The notes below the pieces were generated by a model. The model was not told the origin of the DNA. It was given only the letters and a program-made list of their open reading frames with translations, and did no database searches. DNA of 64,000 nt from Minisyncoccia bacterium (GTDB lineage: Bacteria; Patescibacteriota; Minisyncoccia; Phycocordibacterales; UBA918): positions 6,658-70,657 of the forward strand of contig JBGSPE010000011.1 in assembly GCA_041738755.1 (NCBI GenBank), given 5' to 3'. How positions within the stretch are numbered: position 1 is the first letter of the stretch; every line of letters starts with the position of its first letter. This document shows, in pieces, positions 57,259 through 64,000 of this stretch. Position numbers and translations under genes: made by a program.

Positions 57259-57300
57259 GAAAACAGGGCAGACACCGAAGGTGTCTGCCCTGTTTCTCTC
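57259..57300 (-). terminator. terminator downstream of mscL (AAAACAGGGCAGACACC gaag GTGTCTGCCCTGTTT)
   Basis: Long perfect stem with a flanking T-run on the minus strand. Confidence 0.7.
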
Positions 57301-57304
57301 CCCT

Positions 57305-57706
57305 CTACTTCGCTTGCAGTGAATCTCGGATTTCTCGCAAGAGTTTTACCTCTTCAGATGGCTCAGCGACCTTTTTGGCGGCCGCCTCTTCTTCGGCCTT
57401 CTTATCAAATGATGCCTTAGCCTTACTCATCGCCTTTACGGCTAAGAAAATTACCAAGGCAACAATCAAAAAGTCGATGACCGATTGAATAAAGACACCG
57501 TAGGTCACTTGAGCATTTCCTACGTTGTAACTCAAGCCAGAAAAATCTACCCCACCCATGAGTAGTCCAATCAGCGGTGTCACCACATCAGCCACTAAAG
57601 AAGAAACTATCTTCCCAAAGGCGGCACCAATGATAACTGCTACTGCCAAATCAATCACATTGCCCTTCATGGCAAAGGCTTTAAATTCTTCAATAAATGA
57701 TTTCAT
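57305..57706 (-). CDS. mscL: large-conductance mechanosensitive channel
   Basis: [34 protein letters not shown]... Confidence 0.9.
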   Translation of the reverse strand: MKSFIEEFKAFAMKGNVIDLAVAVIIGAAFGKIVSSLVADVVTPLIGLLMGGVDFSGLSYNVGNAQVTYGVFIQSVIDFLIVALVIFLAVKAMSKAKASFDKKAEEEAAAKKVAEPSEEVKLLREIRDSLQAK

Positions 57707-57758
57707 ATATTGCTTATATATTTAAATATCTCCACTAATTACCCGAGTATACCTGATT

Positions 57759-58898
57759 TTAATGATGGTGGTGAGCGTGATGAGCGACATCGTGAGGATC
57801 AACGGTACGGGTACTAAAGTACCACGCAGCAACCAAAGTCGTAGCTGGTACAGCCAAAATCAACCCCATACTCCCAATCACAATTCGGACGAGTTCCACT
57901 GCTATCACTTCTTGATTAATACTCAGCCACCAATCACTTTGGGTTTTTGAATAGAGCAAGATAAGTGGTAGGGCGACTCCCACATACGCCAACGCCAACG
58001 TATTCACGAGCGACCCAATATGATCGCGCCCTACCTTAATCGCTCGATTATACAATTCACGCAAGCCAAGGCTCGAGTTCGCTGCTTTCAATTCCTGAAC
58101 TACCGAAGCTTGCGTAATCGACACATCGTCTAGCACACCCAAGATACCGATAATGATACTACCAAGTAGCAGTGCTGAAAGATCAAGCTCTCCATCAGTT
58201 GCAAAGTTAAGATACACCGACGCATCAGCACTGAAGCCGGTGAATTTAAGGTACCCCATCATGATGATGGTAAAGAGTCCAGTAATAATTACTGAGCTGA
58301 GGGTACCAATAAAGGCAATCCCGCTCCGAGCATTGATACCATGAGTTCCAAACAGAACCACAAAGAGCACCATCCCCGCAATTCCAATAATAGTAGCAAC
58401 GGGAGGGTATCCCGCTAAAAGCGCTGGTATCAAAAGGAGGAAGATAGCCGCGATACTCACCGCCAGAGAGAGTAACGCCCTCACTCCTTGCCACCTGGTA
58501 AAGAATAAGAGGATGACCACAAACAGTCCGATGGTGAAGAACAGGGCCGGCCGTCGTTCGTAATCAAAGTACGTAACGTACTCATCCCCATTGACGGTTT
58601 CAACCAGATTCACAAAAATCTTATCCCCCACCTCAAGGTCGACTACCTCATTTTCTATCTCCATCTCTTCTCCATCACGCTTACCAGATTGAAATACAAT
58701 CTTCACTACCTGTACGTTGGCAGTAGCGTCCGTACCAATAATCTGCCGCTCGGTTTCAGAAATAATCTCGAGCACTTCAGCTCGCGCAATTTCTTGATAA
58801 TCCTGATGGAGCTCTTGCGCCTGACTCAGTGCCGGCACAGAAAAAGCCACGAATACCAAGGTGGCTTTAAAAAATGAGACGCGCGACATAGAAACCAA
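57759..58898 (-). CDS. polytopic membrane protein (YibE/F-like), His-rich C-terminus
   Basis: 379 aa with a signal peptide, an extracellular segment, about seven TM helices, and a HDVAHHAHHHH tail. Confidence 0.4.
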   Translation of the reverse strand: MVSMSRVSFFKATLVFVAFSVPALSQAQELHQDYQEIARAEVLEIISETERQIIGTDATANVQVVKIVFQSGKRDGEEMEIENEVVDLEVGDKIFVNLVETVNGDEYVTYFDYERRPALFFTIGLFVVILLFFTRWQGVRALLSLAVSIAAIFLLLIPALLAGYPPVATIIGIAGMVLFVVLFGTHGINARSGIAFIGTLSSVIITGLFTIIMMGYLKFTGFSADASVYLNFATDGELDLSALLLGSIIIGILGVLDDVSITQASVVQELKAANSSLGLRELYNRAIKVGRDHIGSLVNTLALAYVGVALPLILLYSKTQSDWWLSINQEVIAVELVRIVIGSMGLILAVPATTLVAAWYFSTRTVDPHDVAHHAHHHH

Positions 58899-59088
58899 TT
58901 CCAGCTGAAATTACCAGGGCAAAAATAAGAACGAGAATAAATGATGCTTGATCCATATATATGAAGCTTAACGAACTTTCTCTACCATTGCAATCTTGTA
59001 GTTTTATTTTGTAACTCGACAAACGTACGTAAAACCGCTAGTATAGCGTCCACAGAGAAGGGTTGTATCCCCTCTTTGAAAACAATAT

Positions 59089-59161
59089 GGCGGCTATAGT
59101 ATAGCGGTTAGTGCATCGGTTTGTGGTACCGAAAGTTCGGGTTCGATTCCCGGTAGCCGCC
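59089..59161 (+). tRNA. tRNA-His (anticodon GTG) with G-1
   Basis: 8-bp acceptor GGCGGCTA/TAGCCGCC including G-1:C73. Anticodon stem TCGGT/ACCGA with loop TTGTGGT. T-arm GTTCGGGTTCGATTCCCGG. Confidence 0.8.
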
Positions 59162-59304
59162 CTAATGCCCTTGCCTCGCAAGGGAACAATCTAAATAAAG
59201 ATAATTTGGTTCAACTACGTTGGGTTATTTTAGTGCCTATTGTCCGTAGGGGAACCAGAAATGTTTTGAAGTCTTCCCACATGGTGCACACCGATTTTTT
59301 AAAT

Positions 59305-60117
59305 CTATTTAAGAGTTTCAATAAACTCTTTCACATCATCTTCCTTTGTCCGAACTTCATCAGATCGCTTCCAAACCAGATCAAATTGGGAGCGGAGTGT
59401 TTTTGCCAAATCACCACTTTCAACAATAAAACCGAAGCCTTCTTTTCGGGATGAAAGAAAGGCAATTTTATTTCCGTAAATCCAATACCCCATTGAAAAA
59501 TCGATATTATTTGGAGCACTTCTAATCTCACGTTTAAAATCGCTCCCAGCCCCAAGGTATGGATGCTTTTTAAAATTTACTACTTGATTCTCAGGCCAAA
59601 TAGCACGCACCGAAATGTTCCGCTTAATCCTTTCTTGATTATGCTTGCGAAAAAATTCTGGAGAAAGCACATCCACCATGGTTTCAATTGGCCAAAGTGC
59701 TTCTGTTTCAACATCTCGATAGAGCAGCATGTCTTTTAAAACTTTTTCCAAACCATCAGCTGATTCGTAGAGCTCAAGCTTTGGAGATAAGTAGGAGTCT
59801 GTCACTATTTCCCTCACTTGCTTCAATGACTCCCTGTATTGTTGTTCAGCGCTCTCTATCTCGGCTTTGTAATCAGAAAAAATGTCTGCAATTCTATCTG
59901 GATGAATTGGAACAAACCTTTTTACCCCGCTTTGTTGGGTTTCGGTTACCAAGCCCTTTAAAATTAGTCGTTTTAAAACGACATACACTGACGGTCGTGG
60001 AATCCCTGCAGATTTAGCTAATGCGCCGGCACTAACTGTGCCAGAAGAAAGTAATGTTAAATACAAGCGTGATTCTTCAGCAGAAATACCAATTTTCTCT
60101 AAAGATTTTTCGAGCAT
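59305..60117 (-). CDS. TrmB-family transcriptional regulator
   Basis: N-terminal wHTH LEKIGISAEESRLYLTLLSSGTVSAGALAKSAGIPRPSVYVVLKRL and a TrmB-like C-terminal domain. Confidence 0.65.
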   Translation of the reverse strand: MLEKSLEKIGISAEESRLYLTLLSSGTVSAGALAKSAGIPRPSVYVVLKRLILKGLVTETQQSGVKRFVPIHPDRIADIFSDYKAEIESAEQQYRESLKQVREIVTDSYLSPKLELYESADGLEKVLKDMLLYRDVETEALWPIETMVDVLSPEFFRKHNQERIKRNISVRAIWPENQVVNFKKHPYLGAGSDFKREIRSAPNNIDFSMGYWIYGNKIAFLSSRKEGFGFIVESGDLAKTLRSQFDLVWKRSDEVRTKEDDVKEFIETLK

Positions 60118-60233
60118 GTTGTTGTAACACTACAACACTATTTATATAAAGTCTATAATGGCCCAGTATAGCAATACATCTTTCGTGTTTTATTACGGTG
60201 ACAAAGATGTGTTCCACACTCAGGAGAAGTTTA

Positions 60234-60854
60234 ATGAACACGCAAAAAATCGTTATTGGTGATGGCAGCTTGGCAATCTACCGCAAGCCCCAGCCCGCTA
60301 TTTCTGAAGGCGGAAGGATGGCAACACACGCAGAACTCTTTACCGCCAATCTGGGCAAGCCGTTTCCGTGGGGAACACTCCCCCATGACAGCAATGCGCC
60401 TCTGCTCTGGAAAGACCGTCGCGTGGGCTACGGCGGACTGATCCACCATCAGTGGTTCGTTACGTCAGACGGTCGCTTCGGCGGCGCTGACAACGTCCCG
60501 ACTACCGGTCCAGGCGCTCTCCGCAACTCCCTACTGATCAATGGCGGTTGCGGCAGCGAGGCGGAAAACGAGGGCTACGCGGTAGTCGTCCAAACCGATG
60601 ATGCAACCCGACACATGTACCATAAGGTGCAGTTGCATGCCCTCGCGCACGTGGCGGCAGACGGTGGGCATATCATCGTCTCACCGATCCAGAATGGTGT
60701 GGTCTACGTGGGATTTGTCGGCCGCTGCCAACACTGTCCCAACGCGAAGGACATCTCCTTCAAGCAACTACAGGCGGCCTTACCTGACTTTGACTTCAAA
60801 CTTTTCCTTGAATGGGAAAACTGGGGAATCAGCTCAATCAGTCAAGCCGCGTAA
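60234..60854 (+). CDS. protein with a C-terminal NifU/Nfu-like domain, in a GC-rich segment
   Basis: The C-terminus GHIIVSPIQNGVVYVGFVGRCQHCP matches the Nfu G.V.L...G.C.gC motif. GC is clearly above the neighbouring genes. Confidence 0.45.
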   Translation: MNTQKIVIGDGSLAIYRKPQPAISEGGRMATHAELFTANLGKPFPWGTLPHDSNAPLLWKDRRVGYGGLIHHQWFVTSDGRFGGADNVPTTGPGALRNSLLINGGCGSEAENEGYAVVVQTDDATRHMYHKVQLHALAHVAADGGHIIVSPIQNGVVYVGFVGRCQHCPNAKDISFKQLQAALPDFDFKLFLEWENWGISSISQAA

Positions 60855-61060
60855 ATCAACTTACTGCTTATGCAGGCCGTGGTGTATAGAAACATACACC
60901 ACGGTTTTTCTTTTATAAAAATATTTCCCTCGCCTCACTCAGCCACCCCAAACACATTTCCTCAAACTGGTTCCACCCGAGGGACAGTACGTGCCCATTG
61001 GCAAAAGAAAATACTTCCCTTGTGGAAGTATTTTCTTTTGTTAATAGTGGCTAAGAAAGT

Positions 61061-61105
61061 GACCTGCGTCACTTTCGTCCGGAATCGAACGCCGGAGCGA
61101 TGTGC
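61061..61105. repeat. hairpin-pair motif copy 1 (GTGACCTGCGTCAC TTTCG TCCGGAATCGAACGCCGGAGC)
   Basis: A near-identical motif lies at 62060-62103. Confidence 0.6.
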
Positions 61106-61194
61106 GCTTGCAAACAAGTGAGGCGTGTCCCCGCGGCACCAGTTATTTTGTGAGGCATCGAAACAAAATAAGTTAGTGACCGTCAGGACGACTC

Positions 61195-61208
61195 CCCGGT
61201 AGCCGCCC
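61195..61208 (+). repeat. 14-nt direct repeat of the tRNA-His 3' end (CCCGGTAGCCGCCC), candidate attR
   Basis: Exact match to 59148-59161. Confidence 0.6.
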
Positions 61209-61269
61209 GGCAGAAACTCTAACCAGAAAAGCCCTCGTGAGAAGCTAGAACTGGTATACTACTATAGCT

Positions 61270-62016
61270 ATGGAAAGCATTACACCAGAAATTGAAGCTA
61301 AAAAATCACCTTTACATACAGTTACTCCACTGTCGAAATATCTGGCGATGGTTTTGTTTATTTTGCTGCCATTTGTTGGAGGTTGGATTGGATATACCTA
61401 TTCTCAAGAAAAAATAAGTGCAAAAGAACTAACAACAAATCCTGATGAATGGAATCTACCACAAAGTGATGATACTCAATACACTAATGAAATAGCACAA
61501 TTGAAACTATTACTTGCAAAAAAGTCTTTCCCTCAAACTGAAATGTTAAAGCCAGGTGATTTCCTTGGAGCATTTATAATCGAGTCTATAGATTATGAGA
61601 CAGAACGGAGTGGTGATGAGTATCAACATAGAGCAACCGTTAATTTAGTTGGTTCAACTACAATGAAAGGCAAAATACTTATTAGCACTGCTGATATGGG
61701 AGGTTCTGAATCTGGAAATACTGCATACACAATTACATTTCAACCTTCAAGTGAAGATAGTGAAGAAATTCCCTACCTAGAAGAGTTTATTCCCGGCAAA
61801 GATCAAAGTTTTTATATTGCAGGCCAAGAGCAATCTGAAATAGTTCGCAAAATTATTACAGATGCTGGTTGTGACGAAGATTTAACTATTTATTGCGTTG
61901 GTTTTGAGCCGACTAGTTCAGAAGAAGTTGAGATTGCTATCTCAGGGTTTAAATTATATGGCCAAAGTTATGCATCGGGAGTACCCAACCTACCAATTGC
62001 AACACTAGTTGAATAA
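61270..62016 (+). CDS. hypothetical secreted/membrane-anchored protein
   Basis: 248 aa with an N-terminal TM helix, flanked by the two hairpin-motif copies. Confidence 0.4.
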   Translation: MESITPEIEAKKSPLHTVTPLSKYLAMVLFILLPFVGGWIGYTYSQEKISAKELTTNPDEWNLPQSDDTQYTNEIAQLKLLLAKKSFPQTEMLKPGDFLGAFIIESIDYETERSGDEYQHRATVNLVGSTTMKGKILISTADMGGSESGNTAYTITFQPSSEDSEEIPYLEEFIPGKDQSFYIAGQEQSEIVRKIITDAGCDEDLTIYCVGFEPTSSEEVEIAISGFKLYGQSYASGVPNLPIATLVE

Positions 62017-62059
62017 TTGGAACATAAACACTCATGTGGTTTTTTGTTAACGGAAGAGG

Positions 62060-62103
62060 AGAAGGTGTCTAGCGTCACTTTCGTCCGTAATCGAACTGCG
62101 GAG
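62060..62103. repeat. hairpin-pair motif copy 2 (GGTGTCTAGCGTCAC TTTCG TCCGTAATCGAACTGCGGAGC)
   Basis: Shares AGCGTCACTTTCGTCCGnAATCGAACnnCGGAGC with copy 1. Confidence 0.6.
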
Positions 62104-62269
62104 CTATATTTATAAACGAGCCAGGGTGTAAGCAATATCAAAATAATGATCTTACGTACATATTTCAACTGACGCCTAACGGATTCTGTGTGTCCTAATT
62201 TTAAAGTTATATTTTAGACTTATTTTTTAGTTACTATTGTCCTTTATGGAACCCTGATATAATTTTTTA

Positions 62270-62965
62270 ATGAAACATAATAAATTCATAGGTTGGTGCC
62301 TAATACTTGGATCAATAGGGGTATTTATTCCATACACAATATTAACGATAATATTTAACTACCCCGACATTCTTCGCCTACCAGGTGGAGATATTCTCAC
62401 ACAATTTCATGCCGGAGGATCAACTCTTATTTTTACTTGGTTTGCTTTTGCCTTACTTGGAACACCTTTACTTTTAGCCTACATCCTTATTGGCCAGAAA
62501 TATGAAGCCCTAAATCCTCATATTCGATGGATTACCACCATAGGAGTTCTTTCAGCAATTTTACAAATGATTGGTCTGTTACGCTGGGTCTTTGTTGTTC
62601 CAGTATTAGCACAAAACTATATCGACGCTACCACTAATGAACTACGTGAATCAATTGTCATAGTATTCAATGCAGTACATCAATTTGGTGGAGTGTTACT
62701 TGGTGAACATCTAGGGCAACTTTTTACTATAATTTGGACCGTCGGGATTTCATTAGTGCTTTATCAGACACAAGTAATCAAAAAGTGGGTGGCTGTGTTT
62801 GGGGTAATCACCTCAACAATTTACTTTTTGGCGCAAGCAGAACTTTTTGCTACCGTTATACCTAATTTTCCCTACTTCGGTTTAGCAGGATTCATCGGTA
62901 GCACTCTTTGGCTGGTTTGGTTAATTATTTTGGGGGTCATATTTATTAAAGCTAATAAACATTAA
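62270..62965 (+). CDS. hypothetical polytopic membrane protein
   Basis: 231 aa with six TM helices. AT-rich. Confidence 0.4.
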   Translation: MKHNKFIGWCLILGSIGVFIPYTILTIIFNYPDILRLPGGDILTQFHAGGSTLIFTWFAFALLGTPLLLAYILIGQKYEALNPHIRWITTIGVLSAILQMIGLLRWVFVVPVLAQNYIDATTNELRESIVIVFNAVHQFGGVLLGEHLGQLFTIIWTVGISLVLYQTQVIKKWVAVFGVITSTIYFLAQAELFATVIPNFPYFGLAGFIGSTLWLVWLIILGVIFIKANKH

Positions 62966-63053
62966 TCTTACTTCTTCAAACAACCCAAAACATAAATTTT
63001 GAAACTGATTCAGCTCAGGAGGTCAATTCGTACCCTGATAGGAATCGTTGACT

Positions 63054-63668
63054 TTAATCAATTTCAATTACTGTTGTAGCAGGTAGTTTTTCTTTTATCA
63101 GTTCTAGGTCGGATGTTGCATATTCATTCCCTTTCAAATTAAGGATCTTGAGGTTAGAGAGGTTACCTAGCTCAAGAGGAAGTCCGGTAATGCGATTGTT
63201 AGAGAGATTCAGTTCCTCAAGCAGTTTTAACTGACCTATTTCAGCTGGCACTCCGGTGAACTGGTTGTTGGATAGGTCTAATACCTTGAGATTTTGCAGA
63301 AAGCGTATTTCTGCTTGCAATGAACCAGTAAGTTTGTTGTTCGATAGATTAAGTGTTTCAACCGTAGTTTCTTCAAATACGTACTTCGGTGTTTCAACAA
63401 GCCCCCTTCCACTTAGGTTCAGTGTCAATCCATTACTGACGTCAGGCTCAGTTTCATAAGGGTTAGGATTTATTTCTGATTCACTAAGCTCAGTCTCACT
63501 ACTATCACTCATTTCTGCCTCGATGGTTTCGGCACTACGGTAGGGTATATCTTTTGTCATCTGTTGATATGAAATTAAACCAACGCTGACAATAACTACT
63601 ACGAGGATGATTATTTTAAACATAGTATCTATTGTAGTACTTTGTAACGAAATAATATACACACTCAC
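63054..63668 (-). CDS. leucine-rich repeat (LRR) protein with an N-terminal membrane anchor
   Basis: Tandem LxxLxLxxNxL repeats (LNLSNNKLTG..., LDLSNNQFTG..., LNLSNNRITG...). Confidence 0.6.
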   Translation of the reverse strand: MSVYIISLQSTTIDTMFKIIILVVVIVSVGLISYQQMTKDIPYRSAETIEAEMSDSSETELSESEINPNPYETEPDVSNGLTLNLSGRGLVETPKYVFEETTVETLNLSNNKLTGSLQAEIRFLQNLKVLDLSNNQFTGVPAEIGQLKLLEELNLSNNRITGLPLELGNLSNLKILNLKGNEYATSDLELIKEKLPATTVIEID

Positions 63669-64000
63669 GACATCTAACCTCTCAAAGCAATTCTAACGTC
63701 TCCTACGGTATTACCCAATTTATTATTTACTTGCTCTAACTTTTAAAGTGTTTTTCTATACCAGGTATATCTAATAAATCTAATTTCTAAATGCAAGTGG
63801 ATTTAAAATAAATTAATCAAAGCATAATACAGTGGTACTGCTGGTACAGCTATCTGAGAAACGAAGAGTAAAAGTAAGTAATATTTCTTTTCTGGCAGAT
63901 AAAACCTCCTAAAGCTTGGGAGCGTTGAGTACTCTGCAAAAATCTTCTCAAAATTCCAAAAAGCTGAAAAAGTAATCTCAGCCATAATGAGTGCAACTGT

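Noticed and set aside
61061-62103. Whether the GTTCGATTCCGGA-containing motifs are intact minus-strand tRNA genes
   Set aside because: The surrounding sequence cannot be folded into an acceptor stem, D-arm and anticodon arm. Only the T-arm-like hairpin is present.

Overview
This 64-kb window has low-to-moderate GC, compact gene spacing, and most genes on the minus strand. Its content is dominated by translation and replication housekeeping genes: metG, glyS, ileS, argS, recA, ftsK, ssb with rpsF and rpsR, efp, the secE-nusG-rplK cluster, glyA, the thyA-dcd-folA cluster, and class I RNR genes nrdA and nrdB. There are also many small or hypothetical membrane and secreted proteins. This profile is consistent with a small-genome, possibly Patescibacteria/CPR-like bacterium, but that is inference from gene content only. 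Two tRNAs are present: tRNA-Pro(GGG) at the window start and tRNA-His(GTG) at about 59.1 kb. The most notable accessory feature is a compact CRISPR-associated locus at 36.2-38.9 kb. It consists of a four-spacer array with a 41-nt palindromic repeat, a Cas1-like gene lacking the usual N-terminal domain, and a 455-aa TnpB/Cas12-like protein. That protein has the typical TnpB N-terminal motif, but its RuvC-I aspartate is replaced by alanine and its zinc-finger/RuvC-III region is missing or frameshifted. No cas2, cas4 or other cas genes are visible. Other unusual features are: an IleRS carrying a complete histidine-phosphatase (PGAM-like) domain inserted into its body; a REP/RAYT unit (IS200-like tyrosine transposase flanked by inverted REP palindromes, four REP copies); an NrdB with an N-terminal ATP-cone paired with an NrdA lacking one; a roughly 2-kb islet downstream of tRNA-His bounded by a 14-nt direct repeat of the tRNA 3' end and carrying a GC-rich NifU-like gene; several GC-rich small-gene insertions; and duplicated hairpin motifs. 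All coordinates are from manual reading of the sequence and ORF track. No database searches were run.
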